From the NCBI GenBank assembly GCA_030704615.1, contig CM060733.1, forward strand, positions 35,216,001-35,280,000: a stretch of DNA of 64,000 nt, read 5' to 3'. The translations under genes and the position numbers were made by a program. Origin of the DNA: Takakia lepidozioides (taxonomy: Eukaryota > Plantae > Bryophyta). Under the pieces are notes generated by a model. That model had not been told where the DNA came from, ran no database searches, and saw only the letters and a list, made by a program, of their open reading frames with translations. Below are positions 50,192 through 62,200 of this stretch, one piece after another. Numbering within the stretch: position 1 is the first letter of the stretch; each line of letters starts with the position of its first letter.

Positions 50192-51774
50192 ATGATTGGG
50201 GGAAACCAGGACCGTGCGGTTGTTTCAGTGCCCGTCGGCAAGTCTGGAAACTATGAGCAAGCAGTTATGATTCCAGAAGAGAATCTCCAAGAAGTAATTC
50301 CCGTACGCACCGTTGATAATGGCGTGATGGTGTCTTCTAAAGAGATTTTGCGGACACTGCAAAGAGGGCAGTCCTTGCAAGCGTTTATATATCTAGAAAC
50401 CAGCGATGGAGAGATTGAGGAGGTGGAACGAGAGGTGGCGCTACTCTCTCCCCTTGTACAGCGTGATGTTTTCCGACATTCCCGCGGGATGACACGCAAC
50501 AGGCCGGTGGTGCTTCCAAAACAGGTGCGGCAGTCTCTCTCTCTCGTTTATGTGGTTGGTTTTCTGTGGTTCTGTCTTGTCCTCACTTGGGCTATCAGTT
50601 GACGTTATAAAGTTTATTTGTTTTTCTCCTTCCTTCTCTGCATCCTTCTAAAGTAAAATTAGCGCCTCATTGCACCTAGTGGGCGAGACTATAGCGAAAC
50701 ATTGCAAGACGGGGAAAAATGAAAATTTAAGGGGCGCATGTACTTTTGCGGCTCAGTAAGTACTCCTACTTGGCCTTTTTCATCAATCTTAATATTTCTT
50801 CCCTGTTTCTCAGGCGTAGTGGTGTTACATTTGTTTGAAATGTGCAATTGTTGCAGGTCAGTCCTTGTGCGTTAAAACAAATCCTGGACTATTGCCGGTT
50901 TCATCTAGTACTTGGCCGCTCAGATAAAGAGCGCAAGGTGTTTGATGAAAAATTTGTGCGACTGGACACGAGGAGGTTGTGTGAATTAGCTTCAGCTTCT
51001 AGTAGCCTGGACATGGAACCTTTGGGAGATTTGACTAGCCGTGCTCTCGCCAGAATGATAGAAGGAAAGACTCCAGAGCAGGTACGGGAAATTTTTCATT
51101 TACCTGACGATTTGACTGAAGAGGAAAAACTGGAGCCCTTCAATATCAGTACAGGAGACCCCCGCATTAAGTTATTAAATCGGTTGTATGCCAGAAAGAG
51201 AAAGGAGCTTCAGGAGAAGAAGCTGCTGAAGAGTGGCAAGATAGAACCCACAGAGAAGCAGATCAGTGATGAACGCTCTGTAGAAGATTTGGTTTCATTT
51301 ATTGATGGAGGCAATAAGGACAACAGAGTGGGCAAGGGTAGGAGGAGCAAAAATCGACGAAAGAAGGAGCAGTCTGGGTGCAGTACCAACTTTAGGCAGG
51401 ATTATCATAGTGGGGAAGCTGTAGAGACTAAAGAGGAGAGAGATATTCTCTCAGTGGCCCCAGCAAGGACAAGGGGAATGACCAGTAGCATCAACCGTTG
51501 TAGGCTTCTTCCAAGAGACCAGGATATATTGTTTGAGGAGGAGTACGAGAGTGACGGGTTTGACCCAGCACTGAAGGAGGTGATGGACAGGGAGGTTGAA
51601 GAGTTTGCTCGGCGCTTGAATTCAGTTTGGTCAGAACGGACGCAAGAGATTCTTACCCTAGCTTCTAAGGGTCAAAAGGCTAGAGATACAGCATCATTTT
51701 TGGACCCAAGGCTTGCACGGTCCAATGCTGGTGATAGAGGCAATGGTGAAAGCGCCCAGCATCATGTACAATAA
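50192..51774 (+). CDS. SKP1-like protein, ASK20/ASK21 (type II) class, 2 exons, ~416 aa
   Basis: Exons 50192-50524 and 50857-51774 (GT-AG, phase 0). Motifs IYLETSDG..EEVEREVA, ILDYCRFH, FDEKFVRLDTRRLCEL, LARMIEGKTPEQVREIFHLPDDLTEEEKLEP, DPRIKLLNRLYA and DREVEEFARRLNS. Confidence 0.9.
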
Positions 51775-52221
51775 CGCCTGCCCAGAGACAAACTTGGTGG
51801 CATTGTGGCAGTAGGCTCTTGATGACATGGATAGGTGTTCCACCAACGTGCTGATCAGCCCAAGAACCCACAGCCAGCCGCTTGGTTTGGTGGGTGGACC
51901 ATTCCTTTTGTTCCTCATCCACATCATGTAATACAAAGCAAGTCTGACACACATACTCCTCCTTCATCTGGCCAGACATTCTCTTAAGTCCAGTTTAGTT
52001 TTCCTCCATATATCCTCTGCAACGAAATCCAGCTCCACCCTGGCTCCTTTCTGACACCTGTGTCCTGCATCATTTTCTCACCTTTGCTCTATCACCCCAG
52101 CATATTGACGGTCACCAGCATCCTGTAGATCCCACTCGAGAAGACATCCATATTACCTTCATTCCTGCAGCCACCAACCAATGTCACTCCAAGCTGAGAA
52201 GGGGCAGGGGCAGAGAGCTAG

Positions 52222-52335
52222 AGGATGTCCTTTGCCATAGCCTTGTGGCCATAGACCCCACGCCCAATTTTGGGCGGAACAAGAGGAACAGACACTACCT
52301 TTGTGAGGGGTGGTGGGACTTACCTTGGAGCAGAG
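52222..52335 (-). repeat. LINE 3' UTR fragment with hairpin
   Basis: gccttgtggccatagaccccacgcccaattttgggcggaacaagaggaacagacactacc matches 2.67-2.77 kb and 35.7 kb. Confidence 0.65.
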
Positions 52336-52879
52336 GAGGAGGGAGAGAGAGAGAGAGAAAGAAAAAAACTTAGAACATGCTAAAAGATCTTATGGGTAGA
52401 AAAACACATTAGAAAGAAATAAAGGCCTGGCAGAAGTCACTATTGCTGCTCAAAGATGGCATCTCTTGAAGGTAATTAGCTGTTTCTGAAATGGAGAAAG
52501 AGAGATTTGGAATGTTGTAGGATCAAGCACTAGGGCTCCTTAGGAAGAGACAGATGTAAGTTACTGTGATACTGGTGAAGGCTCTGATAGTCTTGTATTG
52601 CTTGCATACAGGTCAGCCAAGACAACTTTAGCAAAGGGAAAAGTTTGTCAAGGAGGGCTGGTGACTGAAGCTGGTGCGTGGGCTTCACAGCTTGGTTGAA
52701 CTAACTCTGGCTTTGGTTGGGATGAGAACAGCTGAAAGAGGTGTGGCACCTCAGGAACAAGCAAGATATTTTTGGACAGACTCAATACTTGTGTTTGTCT
52801 TGTGCCAGAGTGAATCGTAATAGAAAACCATGACACGCGAAAGGGTGCACACCCACCTTACGCAAAGTGGATTCAAGCC

Positions 52880-53330
52880 ACATATTTTCCTGTTCAAAAA
52901 GTGGGCAAGTGCTTGCTGCGTGCCTGTTGTTCAACAGCAAGATGTGTTTACATGGACAAATGATTGCAGGGAAAACTTATGGCAGGATATGTGAAGCAGG
53001 AGTATAGTTGAGAGGCTGGTGAGATTTATGGACAAATGATTGCAGGATATGTGAGCATGAGTGTCGTCGAGAGGCTGTTATGATTTATGAGCAATTGAGA
53101 CCAGAAATGCCGATGCCCTGCAAGGTCATTTTCGTTTGGTTTCTCAATACATGTGCCATCTACAAGCCCTGGATGAGGGCAAAGAGGTCCATGCTGACAT
53201 GATGAATAACTGGGATTGTGAGAGAGATCATTTGGGAGATTGCAGTGATGTGGGAGCATAAGGGTAGCACACGGTGTTTGACGATATAGCTCAATGAGAA
53301 GTGGTCTCATGCCATGCAGTAACTGCAGCT
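52880..53330 (+). pseudogene. Highly decayed PPR remnant
   Basis: gatgtgtttacatggacaaatgattgcagg, gagggcaaagaggtccatgctgacat and tgtgggagcataag echo S/L PPR motifs. Confidence 0.5.
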
Positions 53331-54550
53331 CATGTCATCATGGGTGACATAAGGAGGCTGTGCATGTACCTTTATCATGAGAGAGACAGAGAAGACGCCG
53401 GCTCTGCTGGCGTAACTACGCCTTGCAGCTATTACCCAATTCGGGGGTGGGCCCTACGTGTGAGCAGCTATTATTTTGCAGGAAGTCTGTTTTGGAGTCT
53501 CCCTGTGGCTTCCACAATTTTCTTATATTTTATTTTGTGAACAAATGGATTGCCCTTCAAACAGCAGGTTGAACAAGGGAAAGTTTGTATTTGCCCCTCG
53601 GACCATCGAGTCCATCTCACCTTGTCTGACTCAACAGTTGTTGTGTCTGTCTGCATATGGAACACAGCTTGGGATTCCCAAGCTGCTACATGATGCCAAT
53701 ACCTTCACAGCATGGACAGCCTGCTTTCACAATCTGCCCAAGAGGCCTGTCCATCAGAGGGCCAGCCCGGGAGTTTACCAAATTACCAAGAGTTGTAGGT
53801 CGAAGGGAGGTGATGAGCAAAACACGGAAGGCATGCAAGAAAGACCCTGAGCAACGGAAGGTCTGGGGATTGTGGAAAGTGAAAAAGTGGACTCTACATA
53901 TTATGAATTGCATACACAATAGGCTGGTACACTCTACTGCATACCAGTCCACTGATGCCTGCTATTTTAGCAAGGTCTGTCTTACTTTCTAGCAGGAATT
54001 TTTCGAGCTGCAAATTTCTCCCTCTTTTCTGAATGGTATGAGTCTCTTATCTCTGGTTTGAAGATCCCAAGATGTCTAAGCCATAGAAGAAAGCGTTTGC
54101 AGTTTGCACATACCAGTTCCAGAAGCAATTTTCTGGAAAGTTATCACTCCCTCTCTTCTCACAAGAAGAACTACTTTTCTAAGAATTCCCACAAGGAAAA
54201 GACTTTAACTGAACACGTAAAGCCTTAAATGAGTTGCCCTAATTAGAGGGGACGAGCCAGCTGGCACCACGTTGTCCCGGCCAGGAATATGACCGTTAGG
54301 TGCTTGCCCGTTTGAAAACCCCCGCCCTTGTCCCTCTCTCTGTTTCTTCTTCTTTCTCCTCCGCTGTCTCTCGGCAATTGCTTCCAACACCAAGATCTGT
54401 TCTCTGGTTTCGTTATCCGCGGGCTTTGTTTCACGGGCAACAGGATTCAGGAGCGCCAACAAGAGGGATCGATCAAGGTCGTTGCTGGTCTGTACTGTTG
54501 TTGTTAGATCGAAAGTAGGTGAAAGAGCAGAAGAAGCCGCATGCAAACAG

Positions 54551-57500
54551 ATGGGGATCACTGTCGCAGTCAAAGTGGAACATCTCCCGACCGCGAATGC
54601 TCCGGTCACTACTCCCGTATCTGATAGGTTTCGTACAGTGCTGGTGCCTAATCTGGATCACCATGGGACCGTCAAGGCCACCCTCAATACCTTCATTCGG
54701 GACCATCTCTTCATCCCGGAAACATTGCAGTTGCTTTCGGCGCCTCTGTTCACCAGATTAAGCGAGAAGGACAACGTGGAGGACATCTACAAGAGATATG
54801 CTTGCCAGGTACCTTGACAAACACTCACTGCAGGTGGCCATGTCTTTGTAGACGGGCGACTGTCTTAGGATAGTGCATCAGTAACGGGCTGGGCATTCGT
54901 GTGTTCGTATTAGGGGTTTGCAAGACTGCTCCTGAACTCTGGACGAGACAGAAAGTCTGGTGGTGAAAGAGGGAAATGAAGCTTGTACAGCAAGAGTAGT
55001 CCTGGCACCTCCGAGAGAATGGATTCATAAGATGTTGTTTGCCGTAGCCTTGTCGCCATTGACCCCCCGCCCAGTTTGATCGGAACACAAAGGGACACCG
55101 CGAGAGAGAGAGAGAATAAATGAATTGGCATAACGTCCGCCGAAAGCTCAAAGAGCTTATGGGACAAAAGGGAAAACAAGAAAGAAAAATGAGCTGGACA
55201 AAACACACAAAGAGAGAGCTAAAAGCAGCCCAAACGCAACTACTGTTCAAGAAATTGCCCAAGTGTCAAGGCCTCATGCAGATGAGCTGCCAAGCATTTC
55301 TTTTCCTCATGATGGAAGAATTCTGTGATAGATTGGGTTCCACTGAATAGACAATTGAATCTTCCAAGGATCTCATAGTAGAGAGGGAAATAAAAGTAGT
55401 GTTCTTAAGTTTTGCGCCCGGTGCATGTTGGGCATAGGCGGTCCTCCCATTGCAGGTTTTCCCATCTACCAGTCTCTATCCGTAGATTGTGGGAGCCCAC
55501 CCTGAACCGCCCCAATGCCCTCAGGAGGGAGGGAAAGGTGTCGAAAGGTAATTGGGCTGCAAGATTCTATCGTCACGGAGAAGCAAGAATGTCTCCCGAT
55601 CGAAATGGAGTTTTGTTGGGTGGGTTGGCTTCCATGTTCGCCTGACATGAAGTTCCAGAAGTTCTCTTTCGATGAGTCTGTTGCGTGTTCTGTTTGGATG
55701 TGATTTCCGCCCCTTCTGTATTTTGCGGCAGTAGGGAGCAACAGAGAGTCATGACGCTCAAAAGAACTGAAAAGGGAAGGGAATAAGAATAAATGCCCAC
55801 AACAGAAACTGCAAAGTATAGTTGATTGCACCTTGCTACTGCTGTGTGCTGGGTATGACAAACAAAAGTATGCTGGTACGGCAGGCAGACCTGGATGTCT
55901 CCGAGCTCCACCTGGACGAGGATACATTCACGATGTTTGGGCGCGAAGGTGGGCGATTTGTCGATCTTGTCGACGAGAAGCGGCTGGACGACTACCACAT
56001 TTTGGACAGAACAGCTCTACAGTTGAAGGTATGTTTCATGGCCTTCATGGGTTCGAGAGCAGAATAGTATGCAAAGAAAGACTCGCTGAATGAGTACAAG
56101 TTCCATGAAAAATGCCAAAGAAAGTTGACCTACAAATTAGTCATCAGAAGAGCTTGTAGAAAGAAGGAAAGCCCTAGACTGCTAGAAAGTAACAAATATC
56201 CCTGTCTGGAACGTGCTGCAGAGGCTTCCTCACCAACTTCCTGATATCGGGGGCCGCATTTTTGTGGAGACTAAGGATGGAATCTTGTCCTTGCTTGGAG
56301 TTACTCCTTCGACCCATGTAGCTGGCCTGAAGCACACTCTGGAAGAGTTGACTGGAATACCAGTGGCACAGCAGCTACTTTCGTCTGTAGGGCGTGTAAT
56401 GCATGATGAATTTATCATCAAGGATTTCAATGGGCTACACACTGTGTATGAAGATTCCTTACTTGATCTCTGCAAATCAGGTACATACTGGTGCCTTTTG
56501 AATGTATCTTGGTGACTGACTGCATAACCAGACATCAGATGCTTCACAGAATAGTGGCTTCTTATTGTGTCGTTTCCCGTGAAAACCCATTCATTTTTAC
56601 CATTACGTATCATATGGAAGTCTGATGATGGATTTTTGGATGCAGAGGATAGCAACAACGAGCAAGCTCACCGGCGCATGGTAGTGTTTGTGAATGTGAT
56701 GGGTGAAGAGGAATTTACACTTGTTGTGCAAGGCCGGGACTCGGTCTTGTCAATTCTCAAACTGGTCGAGTCTCGCACAGGCATAGCGCCATGGCAGCAG
56801 CGCATTACTTACTCAGGTGAGTTTTGTGTGTCATGTTGAGCTCCTGTTCAAGTGGCTTTTAGCTATCATGAGGCATGCATGATATGTGCTATTCTTCTGC
56901 TTCTGATATTGCTATTGCGTTGCTATTCTTCATATAGTTGATAATCGCTGCCAGAAGTTGCATGATGCACTCCTCATTGATAGGGGTCATCTGCATAGAT
57001 TGGGAAGAGTCTCCGTGGACTGCATATATGATCAAGATAGAAAAATGTAGATCAAATGATGCCACTTGTGATTCCTGTTTCTTACCAGATGACCCCCTAT
57101 CAGTGAGGGGTGCATCATGCAAGTGCTAGTAGTGATATTATCGACTACATGAAGAATAGCAATGCAGGTGGTCAATTGCAATTAATTATCTGCTTACACA
57201 TTCAAATTATACATTTAGAGTATCATGCAAACAGCAGTCAGATTGAAGTGCATATAGATTTCAACACCTACATGCCATGGCCCACTATTTGAGTATGTCA
57301 GAGCTCAGGAGGCATGCTGAGTATTTAACCAAATGGCTGGGGACACTTATTTGGGGGGTTAGGTAAGGTAATGCAGGAGAAAAAGACACTGGGGAGCTAC
57401 TTTGTGCAACCAGAGAGCACACTTCATATAACCATGTTCAAGAGCCCCAGCAAGCCTCCTCATTCCAAGAGCAGCTACATTTCTGAAGAGAAAGAAGGTA

Positions 57501-58916
57501 CTCTCAATGTTTGTCATTCTCATGTAAATATCATGGTGACAGACAATGCACCGTCGAATGCACTCTTTTTCCAAATGCTTTGACCAAAGTTTCTCTCCAA
57601 TCTACCGGCTGGCCTCATCAATTTCTCAAACCTGTCCTCTCTACAAATTGTGCAGAGCTACTGGAGGAGGCCCTGGGCAGGAAACCAGGTGCCAGAAAGC
57701 TGAAGTTGATGCGAAGCAGCAAGGGCCACCTGAAGGGAACACTCACCATTCCGGTTCTCACCACAGACACTGTCTCTGACCTGAAAAGAAAACTGCGACG
57801 AACTCTGCAACCCCTGGTTGAACGCAACTTCTCGCCGGCCAAAGACCAGACTCACATCGAGGTTACTCCCAAGACGCCTTCCATGAAAACCCCAGAAAGT
57901 GCTAAGAAGCAGGGTGAGCGTCGGACCCTCTCCTTCGAATCCAAGAATGTCGGCCGTTCCCTTTCGTTCTCCAAGCTTCTTACCAGAAGTCCCAACAAAC
58001 CCTCTGTTTCTCCTGCTCGCAATTTGCCCGCAGTCTCCTCCAGCCCCAGTCCTGCCTTTCCGGCTGCCTTGAAGTCGACCCTGTGTCCACTCCCTCTCTC
58101 CCCGGGAGCTTCCTTCTCGCCGCGTGGTTCAAAGAGTGGGCCACTGCTCCCTCGCAAAGCGTTGGACGAAATCTCTCCTGGTCAATCTCCACGACATTTG
58201 CCATCTGCCCCGTCTTCGGGGAAGCTCAGATTTGGGGAGCCCAAATTCCAGAGTTCGACTTCCCAGCGACAATTTGATCTGGTGAGCATTGTTATTCTCA
58301 TGGTTGCTGTTTGTGGAGCTCATTGTTTCGGAGCTCCCTAGCCAAAATTCAGTATTTGCTATGTGGGGTGAGTGGAGTGGAGCTTGATATCATTTGTTAG
58401 TTCCTGGACAGACAGGGAAGTTGAGAATGAGTTGTAGGTCCCTGGAATTGTATGCGCACCGCAGAGGATGTTTGTTCGGTCATCTGCCTGGTTTTTTCGA
58501 CTCGTCTAAAACCGAAGCTGTGGGTAACGGTTTGTAAAGAGCTTAGTCAGAAATTTGCAACGAGTTGTAACATTCTGTGTGTCTCTGGTCTCTTGAATTA
58601 TCAGCTGCAAGAAAGGTCTCGGGCAGATAATCAGAATGTGTTCAAAACGGGAGTCAATATCCTCACAGCAGTATGTGGTGATTTGCAGAGCCAATCGTCT
58701 TGTCGAGACCTGATGCCGGAGCTTCTGAGTCTGCCAGATCCTGACCCAAAGGAAAACCACATTCATTTACTAGTCCGAGAGAACACAGACTACGGAAACG
58801 AAAACAACTCGAAGGGAAGGTTTGGTGGTCTGGACAAGAAAAATATCAAGCAATGGTTTAGCACAGGAGTGGAGTCTCTGAAGGAGCATATTCGTGTGCT
58901 TGCTGTGGATGGATAG
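54551..58916 (+). CDS. Multi-exon protein with several diverged ubiquitin-like domains
   Basis: Exons near 55885-56028 (LVDEKRLDDYHILDRTALQL), 56223-56481 (IFVETKDG...LKHTLEELTGIPVAQQLL), 56646-56816 (VFVNV...VESRTGIAPWQQRITYSG), 57363-57497 (EKKTLGSYFVQPESTLHI), 57656-58281 (TDTVSDLKRKL plus a Ser/Pro tract) and 58605-58916 (HIHLLVR). The 5' exon joins (54551-54808, ~55456-55537) are unresolved. Confidence 0.7.
55020..55100 (-). repeat. LINE 3' UTR fragment
   Basis: cataagatgttgtttgccgtagccttgtcgccattgaccccccgcccagtttgatcggaacacaaag matches 2650-2715. Confidence 0.65.
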
Positions 58917-59299
58917 CGTGGTGAAGTGTCCGTTTGACCTAGTTTGATTTAACATGATTCCTTGTTATGTCTCGCTTTTCCAGGCTTGTGAATTTGCTAC
59001 ATCATTCAATTTGCGCAGAACAAGGTCTTCTTGTGATGCTGTGATAGAGTGCAGGATTTTAGTTAAGGGCAATTTGGCCAACTCTAGCACTGCTTGGGAT
59101 TTTTCCTCAGCCGCAGTGTCGGTTGATCGAGGGGCAATTTGAACTCAAATACGGTGTTCAAAACATGGTGTCCTCTCTTTGTAAAGAAATGCTCACGTGT
59201 ATTTTGACTCTCCGATGTATTCCTGTGATCTAAGGTAAGCTACAACAACAAGCTGTAAACCGCAGGAGGTCTGTCCATTGCAGCAAAAGAGAGGGGAGC

Positions 59300-62200
59300 T
59301 TAAATGAAAGGGGATGATATTTCTGTTGATACAAAAATAGGAATATTGTGTGGAAGTTTGTAAGCGATGTATATTGGTTTGTGATAGTCAGTCCAATATG
59401 CTTCTGTGGTACCGGATTTAGAGTCTTTCCCTAACACATTTGCCCATATGTGGTCTAATTGTGAGCCACTCTTTGTTGTGCTCATTTGAAATTGTGACTG
59501 AAGTTTATACGTATTCATAAAGTTGTGTAACTGTGAATTTTCAAAGTCATTGTCACTGATATGTAACAAATCAATATTGAAGTCCCCAATATTATTGTTT
59601 GGCACTGAGGAGGGGCCTTTAAAATGAAAGTTTCAAGATATTTTAAAAATAGTTTGGTGTTTGTAGAATGTGATCAATATATAGATATGACATATATTGC
59701 TTTACGTGTATTTATGTTGAAAGTGGCAGCTATGTACATGTTAATGTTTCTGAATAATTAAGCGTCATGTTTTTGTGTATAATATAAGAGCGCCATGACC
59801 ATCATAAGCTCCTGTATAATTAAATTTTTGTGGTATCTATGTATTGTTGTAACTCAGATGTTGAGTGATGAACTCTTGTTTCAGTAAGGCAAAAGATGTT
59901 AGATGATTGTCAATTGTGATCAGAGTTGATGTCTTTGTGATGTTGGCGAAGAGTCGTTGTGTTTAGAGCTTGAATTATGATATGGGAATATTGGTATATA
60001 CTTAAGTTAGGAACTAGTAGTTTCCATTTTGCATTTGATTTGAGTTTGAGCATCTCGTGATTTACAGAGTCATCAACTCGGAAGTTGGTTTGGTGCAATG
60101 GAAATAAAAGATATAACTTTTCTTTGGTGCGAACACGAGAAAGTGCTGTATAAGTTAGGCCATATTTACAAACGTTAGTAGGATCAAAAGCCATTTTATC
60201 CAATGATAAACCTTGAGATCGATGGATTGTTCTTGCAGCAGCAGTTGTAGTGGAAATTGGATTCGTGTGATTACATGAGAGTCAACGTTCCCTATTCTAA
60301 TTTCTTTTGTGATAGGTTCAATTGGAGTCCAAGTTGGGATTATATTGTCAATGTAAAAATGTTGGTTTTTATGTCTAGTGAGTAATCTTATTTTTGGATT
60401 TTGAAAATCAATCCAAATGATGTCTTTATTATTAGTAGATGTTGTTGTTTGAAATATACCATCTGCACCATTAACTAGACCATCAAATGTTTGATAGTTG
60501 CGAGCACATAGCTCCACCAACATATCTTTTTTTAACCGGATGATATGGTGGAGACCTGCTGTTTTGGATGGGTCTTTGCTTAAATTTAGAGATGGAGGGC
60601 ATGAATGATGTCGTACATTAATAGCTTCGAAATTATAAACTTGGCCTGAGGTTATGGAAAAAATATAATCATTATGTGCACGGGTTAATTCGTTAGTGTA
60701 GTATATGTATGGTAGTGTTGGGATAAGGGGTGGAGTCTTTAGGCATAGACTATTTATGGTATTTATATCTTCAATTGTTTGTGATGCTGTTCGAAACCGA
60801 TTGAGTATTTCAATAAATGTGTCATGCAATTCATAGCATTTGACATGTGTATGCCAACTGTGGGGCGCAAGGGCGTCTAGTCCAGATTGCAGTTTTTTAA
60901 ATATCCATCTCTTACCGGTGGAGCTTGATAGAAATCTCCAGTCATTATGACATCTAAGTTTCCAAAAAAATGGTTATGTATATGCTTAATATCGTAATCT
61001 TTGGTCAATGCTTCAAACATTCTGCTACCGACTAAGGATATTTCGTCAATAACTGCAAGTTGTAGTTGTTCATATTGAGCTGTCAATTTGTTTAGTGTAT
61101 CTGATGATAGTTTTGATATGTGTGTTAAATTTTGATTTATCGGTATACATAATGTGGAGTGTATAGTGGAACCATCAATGTTAAATGCAGCCTTCCTTGT
61201 ATAAGCCATAAGTATAGCTTTGATTTTAGTGGGATCAGACCCAAGCTGTTGGTTGTATAATCGTAATAAACCTTGAATAATTAGTTTTAATGTAAATGTT
61301 TTACCTGTACCAGCACCTCCTATTAGAAATAAATGTATTGGTTTAGTGGGGTGTACTCTTTTGCGGAACATACAATCGTCAAAAATACATCTTTGCTCTG
61401 GATTTAGCTGTCTTAGAAGACAACGAAATTGTTGTTCATCCATTAGGGTTGGGCATCTTGATAAAGAAGAGTTATCTTCATTGTGAACGGATGTTATGCG
61501 TGTATTACGAGGTCTAATGTAAAAATCATCGTGAATGTTATATCTCTTTGTATTACTATTATCTGTTATTGGAATAGCAAAGTGCATGTTGTCCTCGTCA
61601 TTGCTTTGACGATCAATGTTTGTCCACATGTTTTGGTTATGGTGGTTTGACAATTCAAATGAACAAGTTTGTAAGTCATCCCAACAAACATTGGAGTCTG
61701 TGTCCTGTTGTACATGAAGTTTATATGTAAAAAAGAGATTTTATTTGTGATATAGATTGGGCATGTTCAGAATATGCTTCATGCCATATGTTATGAATGC
61801 CTATTTGTTGTTCTTCTCGTCCTCAAAAATGATGGTATAAAAGAAGGTGTTCTCTTGCCCAGTTTTCTATATCTTTATGTTTATTGTAGTGAACAAATCT
61901 TAAAAATTTCATTTTTTTACATTTGATAAATTTATTCTTTATAATATATATGATGAAGAAAATTCAGCTAAAGATGAAGAATCCAATTCCATAGGCCTGT
62001 GTACGTACCTATCTATAATAGGGACACATAATGTCAGTGGAATGTGGATCTAATTTTTCTAATGCACTTTGAGGTTTTAGCACAAATGCCCTATTTTGAC
62101 ATGGTGAGGTATTAATAAACTTAAATGAGCGAGAGCTATGATGCAAAGGAAGTGATAAAACTAAGTAGGCTGCAAGTTGGGCAGACATTTGTTGAGAATT

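Noticed and set aside
50192-58916. SKP1 plus UBL gene as a functional ubiquitin-pathway cluster
   Set aside because: Only adjacency supports it, and two such genes are easily neighbours by chance.
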